Assembly: GCA_008632985.1 (NCBI GenBank)
Contig: QPGO01000114.1
Span: forward strand, 186,001-250,000
Direction of reading: 5' to 3'
Length of the DNA stretch: 64,000 nucleotides
Origin: Psammoneis japonica
Taxonomy: Eukaryota
The notes beneath the pieces are model-generated. The model did no database searches and was not told the DNA's origin. It saw nothing but the letters and a program-made list of their open reading frames with translations. Position numbers and translations under genes: made by a program. This document shows positions 24,930 through 36,325 of this stretch, piece after piece. Within the stretch, counting starts at the first letter, position 1; each line of letters starts with the position of its first letter.

Positions 24930-25020
24930 CTCTAGCTCCAGCAGCAGAGAGCAGCTGGCTCTCTCTCTACTCTAGCAGCAGCCACTAGAGAGAGAGTAGA
25001 AGTACAGTGCCGGTACACTG
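24930..25020. other. CTAG/AGAGTAG low-complexity motif cluster at a domain edge
   Basis: ctctctctactctagcagcagccactagagagagagtagaagtac; shares AGAGAGTAGAAGTAC with 35705-35719. Confidence 0.6.
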
Positions 25021-25445
25021 ATCGTCATCAGATGCGACCTGAACAATCAGTCGCGAACACCGATCGAAGCAATGACATTGAAATGTTGATGACTGCTCTG
25101 TCAACAATGTGTGTCGGTACATCAGGAACGAAACTTTCTGCAATTGTGATAGAAATTTGCTAATTTCATTATGAAAACTATACGTATTTCGTAGTAAATG
25201 TCCCTCGCTCATTATTGTACTGTACTCTCTAGTACGTCGTACTGCGTAGAGCATTCCCATCGGTTTCATGGAGAGGGCAGGGATTATTTTTTGGATTCGG
25301 CGAGTTGCGGTACGGGTAGATAGAGAGAGTCGTCGTCTACTATACTCTTTATTTAGACTACCAACCCACTTGTGTCCAACATAAGGTCTCTTACTGTATC
25401 AACGGCTTCCCTGAATTCACCATTGATTGCATTGAATTCGCAATC

Positions 25446-26843
25446 ATGACGGATGAGCAGAGCAAGATTCGTGAGGCAGTGGACGACTTACATACGTGGC
25501 TCCATACAGAAGCTCTAGACATTCCAAATGGCGACGGACCGAACGAGTTTATGCAACAGTTATCGTTGAAATTTCGTAGACAAAAAGTTATTGGAGAGCT
25601 TTCTGAGTCAGACGACGTGGGTGCCATTCCACTGGATCGCCTGGATTGCGGTGCGTCGATCCTTCACCCTCAAGTAGCAGGCTTTGGTATTGCGTGGGAG
25701 TATCCAGAAAAGGTTACAACGTTTCTCATGTCACTAGAGGACATTCCCCGGGCTCGCGATATTCTCGGAGACGACAGTCCCGCTGTCAAGATCATGGATG
25801 GTGCGCCCTTTGTTCGTATCAAGTCGACCGATCCAGAAATACCCAAGAGTTGCCGGTGGTTTGTGGAGGGAAATTATACAGATCTGTATTGCCTCCCTAC
25901 TGCCGGTGGCAAGCAGGCTGTCACTATAGCAGAGGATAGTAAGATAGGAGCTGGTGGTCAGCTTCAAGGGAGCTTCCATTTTGCAACCAAGGCACCGGGT
26001 GGCTTTACGGATGCACATATTGCCATATTGAATGGTACGCTCTTGTCCCTGACGACTGTGCTTCGTTATCGTCGACTTCTTGAAACCTCCAAGTTGCTTC
26101 TCATGACCTACCTTGGAAGCGATGCTGGAATACGTGTTCACGAAGGCAACATTCTCCGTGGCAATTGCGTGTCGGTTCGTTGCGTTATTTGGTTTAGCGA
26201 TATTCGCAATTTCACGCAAACATCTGCCGAAATATGGGGATCAGAAGGCAATGGGGTGAGCAACACGGGAACAGACCGGAAACAACAAGTTTTGGACTTG
26301 ATTAACGGAGTGTTTGAAATTACTCATGAAGTTGTGACAAAGCACAAGGGACAAGTACTGAAATACATGGGAGATGGCTGTATGGTGGTGTTTGCGAGTA
26401 GCTCTACTGCTTTTCACCGCGATTCCTTTGTTTTAGAGGACAGGCACAAGTATGATGATGTGCATGGAAGCAAGCTGTGTCACAGAGCAAGGATGGCAGC
26501 TCAAGAAGTCCAGGAACGATTGGCTCTCCTCAAGACGGAACGTGAAGAAAAGGGTCTACACGGAGCTTCGGTTGGGATTGGGTTGCATTATGGGGACGTC
26601 ACGTATGGAAATGTGGGAGCGGCCGAGAGACTCGATTTCACTGTGATTGGCCCCGCCGTTAACCTGGCTAGTCGGATTGAAAGTAGCTGCTCCAAGCTGA
26701 ATTCAAGAGTCCTGGCATCAGAGGATTTTGTGAAATTAGAAGGTGCTCCGGAAGCATGGACAAGTCGTGGTGAGCATAGAGTCAAGGGAGTCACCGCTCC
26801 TGTCCAACTTTTTGAGTTAGCTTCATCAGCTTCTCCGTCCTAG
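25446..26843 (+). CDS. Class III adenylate cyclase with N-terminal GAF-like region, intronless
   Basis: VIWFSDIRNFT, VLKYMGDG, GIGLHYGDVTYGNVG and DFTVIGPAVNLASRIE, with the ATP-specifying Lys and Asp. Confidence 0.92.
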   Translation: MTDEQSKIREAVDDLHTWLHTEALDIPNGDGPNEFMQQLSLKFRRQKVIGELSESDDVGAIPLDRLDCGASILHPQVAGFGIAWEYPEKVTTFLMSLEDIPRARDILGDDSPAVKIMDGAPFVRIKSTDPEIPKSCRWFVEGNYTDLYCLPTAGGKQAVTIAEDSKIGAGGQLQGSFHFATKAPGGFTDAHIAILNGTLLSLTTVLRYRRLLETSKLLLMTYLGSDAGIRVHEGNILRGNCVSVRCVIWFSDIRNFTQTSAEIWGSEGNGVSNTGTDRKQQVLDLINGVFEITHEVVTKHKGQVLKYMGDGCMVVFASSSTAFHRDSFVLEDRHKYDDVHGSKLCHRARMAAQEVQERLALLKTEREEKGLHGASVGIGLHYGDVTYGNVGAAERLDFTVIGPAVNLASRIESSCSKLNSRVLASEDFVKLEGAPEAWTSRGEHRVKGVTAPVQLFELASSASPS

Positions 26844-27279
26844 AGAGTCCCCGCCCGACATTTATCGTCTACTCCCGTAACGTTTGACTTTTCTTTACGG
26901 GTATAAAACATTCGTAACTCTCTAAAAGTGTGTTGACATTTATCATGACATAAAAGGTAGAACCTACTCTTGTCTTCTCCAACTCGTAGAGAGAGAGAAA
27001 GAGAGAGAGGACGGTTCCTCACATAGATCCAAGCTGATGTTGTTTTGCGGTTTTTCGGATCGTATCCGAGGAGTCGACGGTGCGGACGTGGCGAACAAAC
27101 GCAGGTTTTGCGTTATGCTGTCACGTCAGGATCTTTATACCTTTGGAGCAGGAACTGTGATGATTTGACGATTGGCGTTTCCACTGGCTGGTAACTGGCC
27201 ATATTCCTTATCTCATCTTGATGTGCTTTGACATTTGCGTTCTCTCTGGACCGATTCCCATGAAGTCGCCTCCATCCGC

Positions 27280-27891
27280 GATCATGATGCATGAATAATC
27301 CTCCAACTCCTCGTCAAGCATTTTTTACAGTCGCAAGGGATAAGATTAACATGTCCGTAACAAGCATCATTCTCAGCTTTGGCATTTATTTCTTCCTCGC
27401 GCTCTGCAGCTCGGCTATGCAGGGTTGCCAACCATGACCTACCAACAGAATAATTTACATTGTTCAGTGCTTCTGATAGCAACACGACAAAGGAAGCTGG
27501 GTCGGCATGCAACGACATTCTTGCAAGCCGTGACTTTGTTGGTCACACCGGGACCGCCAGTGACTACCGCAACATCAGGAGTTCCCGTGAGTCGTCGTGC
27601 CACGGTATCGGCAGCAAAGACAGGGTTGGCCTCGTGACTCACATCGACAATACGAATATCCAAACCTTCCGATTCAACTAGAATCGGAGAAATGTGGCCG
27701 CCCACAAGTTTAAACAAAAACCCAACACCGTGTGCCTGCAGCACTCTTGTAACCAATTCACCACCGTTACGTTGTGAAGTGGTATCCCCATTTGGCATTT
27801 GAAAAAAAAAACGCTTGTAAATTGTCCCTCCCAGAATAGCCACACCTGCTGTCGCAACCGGTGGGACCGTGTAGATTGGATTGCTATTCAT
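27280..27891 (-). pseudogene. Truncated TPP-dependent enzyme (acetolactate synthase-like / ILVBL-HACL family) N-terminus
   Basis: [52 protein letters not shown]. The frame degenerates after ~150 aa and no C-terminal TPP-binding domain follows. Confidence 0.78.
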
Positions 27892-28557
27892 TTTCCGCGT
27901 GTCGGTAGTTGGTCGAAAAGCAGTTGCTAATGAGGAAATCATTCTTGTGATTGATTTTGATTCCTTTATCGGCAGTTGTTTTTTCCAAATCCATCTCGGT
28001 ATTTGTGCTAAACTGTGAGGGTGGGCAATCTAATGTAAAGCGTATCCTTTCACAGAAAAAAGAAGTGAGCGGCGGAAAGATAGACAGCAGAGATCAGAGG
28101 CAGGGATGAAGGTGGCATCACAATAGTTACCGGAGGAGATCGTAGATAGAAAGGGTGCTTCTGGTTCATCACTCTTTTCGTGCTTTTCGAAAGAAGATGT
28201 GTTGTCTAGAAATTTTACTCTTTACGGTATGATCGTATGTTTTAAATTAACACATACATCCACTATAATATAATAGAATTTCGAAATTTTAAAGTTGATA
28301 CATTTATTTATGATTGTAGTTAATAACTAATAACAAAGATATAGTTCGGAGGACACTTATCGCATGTGTGACACTTATGATATGACCAGTCACAAAATGA
28401 GATATCGTTCGATTACAGTCTGTAAGGGCAGTAGAGGTCCGACAGTCGGAAATTTGAAATTTTCTCGCAAAACAACAAAACTTGATTCACACAAGTTTGC
28501 ACATCGGTACAAACAAAAACACACAAATCACAAAATCGTATCCGCGTGTGAAAGATC

Positions 28558-29475
28558 ATGTCAATGGCGAAGAAAGTTTCAACCGGCCGGGTTCTCCTCG
28601 CCGTTGTTATTTTGCTGTCTGGACTAGCTGTTCTCAATGCAGACGAGAGCGCTGTCGGAAACGCCGGATTACGAGCCCGGGATGAAAACAAGGAGAAACC
28701 ATCGGTACTGAGTTGGATTCGTGACATTATTGATCAACGCCGCCTCGATCATGACCCTCATCATTATACCAAACGGGTCGGAACCGCTGAAGCTGACTGG
28801 CACTACGACGGCAAAGGCTATTACGGTAAGAAGGGAGGAAAGGGAGGCAAGAAGGGTGGTGGTCACGGGTACGCGAAAGGCAAGGGCTACGACTATGCCA
28901 AAGGAAAAGGGTACGAGTACGCGAAAGGGAAGGGCTACGAATACGCGAAAGGGAAGGGATATGAGAGCAAAGGAAAGGGCTACGAGTATGCTAAAGGGGA
29001 GGGATATGAAGGCAAGGGCTACGAAGGAAAGGGCAGTTGGTATGAGAGCAAAGGAAAGGCCTACGAGTACGCCAAAGGAAAGGGATATGAAGGCAAGGGC
29101 TACGAAGGAAAGGGCAGTTGGTATGAGAGCAAAGGAAAGGCCTACGAGTACGCCAAAGGAAAGGGATATGAAGGCAAGGGCTACGAAGGAAAGGGCAGTT
29201 GGTATGAGAGCAAAGGAAAGGCCTACGAGTATGGCAAAGGAAAGGGATATGAAGGCAAGAGCTACGAAGGAAAGGGTAGTTGGGATGAAATCAAGGGCAA
29301 AGGATTTGAAGGAAAGGGCTATGCAGGCAAGGGTAAAGTGTTCGAAGGAAAGGGATACGAGGGAAAGGGCGGTTGGTACGAAGGAAAAGGATTCGAAGGC
29401 AAGGGATATGAAGGGAAAGAATATGAGTATTCTGACGGTCACAAAGGCACGGGCAAATGGTACAAGAGGAGGTAA
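28558..29475 (+). CDS. Secreted Gly/Lys/Tyr-rich repeat protein (GKGYE repeats, RRL motif); candidate cell-wall or silica-associated protein
   Basis: Signal peptide VLLAVVILLSGLAVLNA, QRRLD, and an 81-bp (27 aa) internal repeat. Possible intron 29472-29538 adding a short last exon. Confidence 0.8.
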   Translation: MSMAKKVSTGRVLLAVVILLSGLAVLNADESAVGNAGLRARDENKEKPSVLSWIRDIIDQRRLDHDPHHYTKRVGTAEADWHYDGKGYYGKKGGKGGKKGGGHGYAKGKGYDYAKGKGYEYAKGKGYEYAKGKGYESKGKGYEYAKGEGYEGKGYEGKGSWYESKGKAYEYAKGKGYEGKGYEGKGSWYESKGKAYEYAKGKGYEGKGYEGKGSWYESKGKAYEYGKGKGYEGKSYEGKGSWDEIKGKGFEGKGYAGKGKVFEGKGYEGKGGWYEGKGFEGKGYEGKEYEYSDGHKGTGKWYKRR

Positions 29476-29729
29476 GTTGTAGGGAGTGCATTCTCTCTGC
29501 CCGTCTTGCTTTTTCGATTAGTATACTCAATTCCGCAGCTCAACTATTGTCGCTTCTCCTTCAAATGGAAATTAGGCATTATCATGGAGTCAAAGGACGA
29601 GGAAAGAAGGGAGGAAAACACTGAGGAGAAGAGACTTCTCTATTGAAACATTTTGTTGTGTTTATAATTAAGAAGTTGATTTTTATAGTTAAGAAGTAGC
29701 TTTTATAAGTTAAGAAGTTGCTTGTAATT

Positions 29730-32700
29730 CATCGCATCCAGTCCTTTGAGAAGCGAGTGGGCACAGCAGCAACCCAAGACCGTGTTGATGAACAAAAACA
29801 GAGTTTGTTTGCAGTTTGCCATGATCCCACAAAAGCAAACACCAGTCTTGGAATTGGTCCCAGAGCCGGCAATGCTCTGTCGTTTTTTGCAGGACAGTGG
29901 TGGCACAAAGTGCAACTGCGCACCACCCAGAGTCACAGATCCAACTGTTCGCATGAGGACTGCACTCAAGGCTGCATCCTTAGGCTTGGGTGACGGTTTC
30001 AGATTGTAAATTTGTTTTCAGTGGTGCTTGGGTTAAAAATCCACCATTCGTGAGAAAGGCGGTTGATGTTGCTGTGTTGTTGAATCCACCTCAACGAATG
30101 CCAAGCATCACATCAACATCAGCTGTTGTTGAAAATGACAGAAGGCTTGAAACACACACCATTGCTTGCATGACAAAAGAGTCAAATGTCTGCAGACAAG
30201 CTGTCAAATTTCCAGAGATCTCAAGATTCTGCGGGAGAGAAAAAGGAGCAAGAGAAGGAACCACCAAGATGCTCTGTGGAGCAAACAACAGCACATTGTT
30301 GAATGGTTTGTTGTGCCATCCACCATCGATTGCTCATGCGGCCCCAAAACAGTCACTGGATGGGGGGCAGACAGCCTTCAGCGGCATGAAAATCCAAAGT
30401 CACATCATGCAAGACCAGCAAGCTCCAAAAAAAGCACACTGCAGTGTTGTGCGTTGGTCAGGGATCATTTGCTCTGTCCCTCACCTGCAGCTCTTGTCAG
30501 TGCAAAAAGAGATCTAAGATTTGCTCATGCACTGAAAGTGCAAAGAGGAGGGGAAGAACAAAGTGGCAGGCATGCTGCAACCCACATGGCAGCCTTCTAT
30601 GTGGATGCTTTGCATGCACTTTCTTTGGTCACTGACAATGCAGTTGTTGAGGCAACAAAGCTCATCATTTGTGTGTGGCCTTGCCTCATCAAGACATTTG
30701 CAGTCATGTCTTCTTCCTGGCTTGTTGCAACACAATGACTTTTCCTCTGTCATGGAGTGCAAGGCATTGCTCCATGTGGCAGCCAGGGCATGTCAACCAG
30801 TTTCTTTGCTGCTCTGAGGTCAAACACAAGGGAGCAACCAGCTGGGCCAGCCCAGCTTGTTGGCAAGAGCATTGGGTGTGCACACAGAGAAAAGCAAGTT
30901 GTGCAGTTGTGAAAAAGAGTGCTTTTGCATGCACAAATTTGTCAAACAAAATGACTCCTAAAAAGAGGAAGATGCAATGACAAAACCTGACTTTGGCTTG
31001 GAGCCATCATTGGCTCTTGTCTTGAAAAAGAGCACATGTTTGTGGACATGGTTTGGTGTGCTCAACTCGTCAGGCATTGTTGACAATGGATGAAACCCTG
31101 CCACATGCAAGCCAAGGTGAGATTTGTCCCGAGCACATCAGCACAAGCAAGTGGCAGCCCTGCTCTGTCACATTGGAGAGTGTTGTGTGTCAGCTGAGAC
31201 AAGAGTGCCTCAACAAGCACAGAGTGCTGGTGAGCAGGAGGAGACAACATGTGGTCAAAACAGCAGCAAGCACCACTTTTTGCTGGGGAGACAACAAGAA
31301 TGTGATTGTGAGTGCAGGCTGCGAGTGGCTGCCAACGTGGTCAAAGCAGCAGCAGCAAGTGTGACAACAACAATGTGATTGTGAGTTGCTCCCCCCCTTT
31401 TAACTCAAAAGTGGCACCCGTGTCTGCAATTTGAAGCTCAGCGGCTCTTTGTCAGATGGGTGTGCAGCAGCACCATGTGCGGGAGGGGGGAAACAGCTTT
31501 GCCAAGCTGCAGGAGGGTGGAAGATGACAAGACTGCAACATCAAGAGTTTTTTGGATTGTGCTGCATGTTGTGCGTGCACACATTTCTGCCCACAATCTT
31601 TGGCAAAATTGTTTCACACTCCCTGTTTTGCAGAGCCAAAGGCTCTCTGTTTTCTGCATTTGTGAGAATGAAAACAAGCTGGATGTTTTCTTTGATGACT
31701 GAAGAGTGCACCCACTGCCCAAAGAATTTGCATCAGAGGCTGTGAAAAGGGTTTTTGTTGAGCTGGAGCTCCAGCATTTGACACTGCAGAAGTGGAAAGT
31801 GGCCGAGGTGGAGACTTGTGGCAAGTGCCGCCAACAACGTTGGGGGAACATCTGGAGGGGTTGGCATCTTGCAAGCGGGATCAACGCGCTTGGGCTGTGG
31901 AACAAGGAAAAAGTTCTCAGTTCAGGTTTTCTTTCATCAAACGAAACACTGTCAACAACAGCCAAAACCTGCTTGACTTGCCAGAAGTGAGTGCCCAACA
32001 TTTGGGCCGCCACTCCTCTTGAGCCAAAAATCACCAGCCGGATGCAAAGCAGAAGAATCTGGTCTTTCAGACACGTGTTTTGTCCTCAGACAGAGCTTGA
32101 GTGGTCTCTCTTGTTTCATTGTTTCCATCGTTGACATGCAAGCATTGTCAACAGAGTCAGTTTCCACAGCGTCAATGGCTGCGAGGCATTTCCCCCGCCC
32201 CCCCCCCNCCCCCCCCCCCCCCACCTGCACACAATGACCAAGAATCTGCGTCACATCGGATCTGTCACGGCCAAACTTGTGAAAACTGATTTGCAAAATT
32301 CAAGCTGGACGTGTGCACTCAACGGACTGTTTTTTTTTCTTCAAAGTGGGCGTCACTGATTTTTAAGAAAACTGCAATCACAAATTTGAGCACAAAGCAA
32401 CCTTCACAGGGACTTTGAAGTTGTGAACGACAGCGGCGCTTTGATGCAAGAAGCAACATAAATTAAGACATTGTGATGAATGATCCAGCCCAACTCAATG
32501 GATCACAGTTTAAATTGCTTGTGAGAGTCTTTCTGTGCTTTGGACGCCGTTCTGGAGTCGAAAATGTCATCAAAACACTCTTGCTCGATGTTGTTGTTGT
32601 GCTCTTTTGACCAAAAAAAGCAAAATGAAGAAGTCAATTCTTCTCGAATCATTTGATTCAGCAACACGTGAGCCATTGACATGCAACACATGGTTGATGG

Positions 32701-35610
32701 TTGGGACTGTTGATTGACTTCTCGTCAACAATGATCGCCATTTTGACTTTAGATTCTTCATGTGACAGATTTTTCACAAGAGCTCCATTTTCACAAGATT
32801 CCAGTTGGCGGCACGAGGTCCGATTCTCAAGAATCGATTTTCACAAGATTCCATGCAGGATTCTGCAGAATCTCAGATTCTGCAGAGTGGTTGCAGACAG
32901 TGCTGGATCAGGCATCGGGCATGTTGAATCCATCACAATCATGTGCCGGAACAGGCAGTTGCAACCGACAGTGCCGCTGGCATTTGTCAATGCTCCATCT
33001 TGTCTCTTTTGCATCTCATGTTGGCACATGTGATGATCTCAGCCGACCACAAGGTGGAAAAGGCGGTTGTCGTGATTGGATGTGGTTTTGCAGGAATCAT
33101 CTCAATGGCTCATCATTTGGAAAGAAGTTCAACATGATTTTGTTGGAAGCACGAGATGTGTCTGAGGACGAGTTTGGCAGTTTGGTGGACTTGACAATGA
33201 TGGAGCTTGTGTTGACGTCAGAGTGTCTTGGGTTCATGAAGTGTGTGACGAGAGTCCCTTTTCCAAAAGTTCAGGAACAATCTCAATGTTCCGTTTCATC
33301 AATCAGAGAAACAAGAGCACGCCACAGATGAAAATGACCAACCGACACCCCAATGAATGCAATGCACACCGTCATTGACAAGGATGGCAACAGAACAAGC
33401 AAATCATTGGATCATTTGTGAGCACACAAGGACTGTCTCCGAGCTTCCTCTTGCGTTTCTCTTCTGTCAGAGCTGTTGCAATCCTTGGGAACAAATGCAA
33501 TTCGGAAAAATGCAAGAAGACTTGGAAGCGCTCGCGGGAAAATTGCCTTTTGTTGTGCAGAGGGGAAGCCTGGCGGTCTCTGCATCTTGGGCTCGCCCCC
33601 CCCCCCCCCCCCAGGCGCACCAGGAATTCAAAAATGCACCTTGGCATCGTTTGCATGCAATGAAGATGCTGAGGGCCCCACACAGCCTCGCCCTAAATGC
33701 CAGCGACTGCAATTGGTGACAAAGCCAAACTTGGAACTGCTGAGAGACCACCCAGATGTCAAACAGCACGAGCCTGAAGAAGCCTCAAACCAGTGCAAAG
33801 AGAAGGTTGCAGAATGCACTGAATTCATCCAGGTGACACCAGAAGCACTCACCACGACAGAGATTTCCGCAGATGCACTTGAAATGAAGCGCAGTGCCAA
33901 ATGGGAGCTGTCCACAGTGGGCCAAGACTGGAATGATTTTCGAACCGAAACTTTTTCCCATTGCAGAACAAAAATTCTCGAAGAGGGCCATTGCTGCCAC
34001 AGGTGTGAGACACCCAACGGGAAGACAGCTTTTCTTGAGTGCGGCTGTCACAACATGCTTGCAAATGATCGACATGCAACTGGTGCATGTGGACTTCGCT
34101 TGTGCACAAAGTGCGTGTCAGATTTGGAAGAACTCAAATCGTTGAACCTTGAAGTCTGCAAAGTTTGCAAAACACTCTCTTGCCAGATCAACCCTGAAAC
34201 TGGAAGATGCAGGGACACCAACTGCATGGCTTGCCTGCACAAGGTGGCAGGAAACAGAACCTGCTTGGAGCACATTAAAGGAAAAGGATCCTCAAAGAAA
34301 AAGCGCGTGTGTGAGCTGTGTGTCAATGCACGCTCATTGGTGAAATTGGCGGAACCGACTGTTCAGAGTGTCGCGCCGCTTGACCTGGTGCCAAAAATGC
34401 AACAAAGGCATCGCAACGGTGGCACATGCAGCAACAACCTTTGCGATGGTCACCTCAACAGGGACATCCTGTCGTCTGTCCTTGACCACTGTGGATCTCT
34501 GGAATTGACACGGTTTGCTCTGGCAAGCTGCGACAACTTCCGCTTTTCCAAAGCTTGCGTCAAACGACTTTGTCAACAGTTGAAAAGCATTTCGTGCCTT
34601 CACAATCATTTCACTTGTGGAGCATCCTTTAAAAAACTTCATCATCTGGAGGAAGAAGTCTGTGATCGGTTTGGCTTTTTCGCTGTCGACGACTTTGAAG
34701 GCGCCCAGCATTGCCTTCGACGGCACGACAGACTTTCCTTCACAAAGGCTTGCGCACCACACTTCCACCCATCTAAAGGACACAGCATGATGCATTGTCA
34801 AGACACATTGGAGTTGGGTGCATCATCACTGGCAGGGCTCATTTGTGGCAACAAGATGCTTTGCTCGAATGTGGCATCACACTGTGTGATTGGATGGGTG
34901 AAGTCAACCACATTTGCATCTGCATTTTCCAAGATCGGGTTGGTGTCAACAGAATGTGATCCTTTGGAGCCATGCAGAGAACCCGATTCTCACTGGGTTG
35001 CACACCATGAGTTGCCTTTAAAACTCTTTCTGCCGAGGGAAGAGGATGGTCAGGACTCAGAGTTGTGTGAGGAGACTGAGGCACTTTTTGGACTCAAGCA
35101 TGAAGTCAGTGCCAGGACTCTTTGTCACTTTGTGTTCAGCGCCAATGATCTCCATCGTTTTTGTTGCTGTGATGCATTCGAACAACAAGTCACAGCCGCC
35201 GAGGGACAAGTCCCCGTCAATGACGAGTCAATGCCTGACGGTCCTCTTCATTGGGCAATTGTGACAATCAAGGGTCCTGATGATGGACTCATGTTTGGCA
35301 TCCCGGATCAATTGTCTTTGCGAGATTGCGCACAGAGAACATGAACATGCGCAACTCCTTGCCCGCATCATGGGCAGGAACCGCGGTCACGTCTCGTTGG
35401 TTTAGAGGCACTTCCTGTGGATCAAGATGGAAATTCTTTCTGCTGTCGACAATGTTGTGAAACAACTGCTTGTGCATGTCAAAAACAAATTGTGCTTGCA
35501 CCAGAGAGCAGAGATCATTGCGGCCACAGCTGCCACACACCATGCCGCAGCTGTTGAACAGCTGGCTTTAGAGGAGCATGGCATGTTAATTTGTCCACTC
35601 TCTGCTCCAG
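29730..35610. other. TpA-depleted domain
   Basis: TA is very rare; survivors are mostly CTAA, TTAA or TTAG. Confidence 0.85.
33641..35344 (+). pseudogene. TpA-hypermutated duplicate of an unknown gene (Cys-rich region plus F-box-like segment)
   Basis: The 622-aa ORF contains no Tyr. It is paralogous to 38305-39370 (HLNRDILSSVLDHCGSLEL vs HLNSDILSRVLDFCGSLEL), and the paralog's ATG is TTG here. Confidence 0.7.
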
Positions 35611-35745
35611 CTAGAGAGTTGTAACTACTGGCTCTACTAGAGCTCTCTAGCTAGAGAGAGTAGCTACTCTAGCTAGAGTCTCTAGCTACTTTAGTGGCAC
35701 CGGTAGAGAGTAGAAGTACGGCAGCTACACCGTGCGGTAGGGCGC
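35596..35745. other. CTAG/AGAGTAG low-complexity motif cluster at a domain edge
   Basis: ctctactagagctctctagctagagagagtagctactctagctagagtctctagctac; absent from the paralogous position near 39600. Confidence 0.65.
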
Positions 35746-36010
35746 GGGAATTCGTACACTGGAACTGACGTCTGCCAGACGATCGAGCGAAAACAAAAGA
35801 ATTTCGTGACGTGGCAAAATTCTGCTCACATTTTTTTTGGTCCGGAGAACAGAACAAAATACAAAATAAATCCATTTGGCATCTGTCTTCCCACATCACG
35901 TTTCGGCATCAAAGATCGTAATGCGAAAACCGAAACAAAGAGCTTCACTACTGAAAACAGACTGATTTTATCATTCAACCATGATTGGACATGCCGTGTT
36001 AAAAACCACC

Positions 36011-36325
36011 ATGCGGAAGCATGCCGTCCTCTCGACTCGTTTCGTAAGCTACGTGCCGCACTTCTCGCCCATGTTTGAGACTGCCCATCTTTCTCGCCCG
36101 AATTCTCCCCCAAGAATTTCACGCCCTCAGTCATCGGCAGCTGCGACAGCAATGAAAGAAATGGACCAAGATGACTACACGAGCTTTGCTGTTTTGGGGT
36201 CGGTCATTTTTGTTGGCTTGTACTTTGCAGGGCTCGGACAGTGGACTCCTTTCTTTGTGGAACAAGCCGACCAGCTTCAAAAGAGAGCCACAGCTTCACT
36301 TACGGCGGAGAAAACTACTCAGTGA
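36011..36325 (+). CDS. Small hypothetical protein with one predicted TM helix
   Basis: ORF with FAVLGSVIFVGLYFAGLG; mutated paralog at ~39900-40230. Confidence 0.35.
   Translation: MRKHAVLSTRFVSYVPHFSPMFETAHLSRPNSPPRISRPQSSAAATAMKEMDQDDYTSFAVLGSVIFVGLYFAGLGQWTPFFVEQADQLQKRATASLTAEKTTQ

Larger units (their letters stand above)
17650..24960. other. TpA- and CpG-depleted decayed repeat domain
   Basis: About 7 kb with only roughly a dozen TA dinucleotides by eye, few CG, and saturated with TG/CA. Confidence 0.85.

Noticed and set aside
17650..24960. Dozens of overlapping Cys/His/Gln-rich ORFs in all six frames (also 29730-33400, 43240-48000, 59250-64000)
   Set aside because: Expected by-product of losing TAA/TAG/TAY codons; no recognisable domains.
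32190..32222. Poly-C tract containing an N (similar run at 33595-33612)
   Set aside because: Low-complexity, possibly an assembly join; no supportable function.
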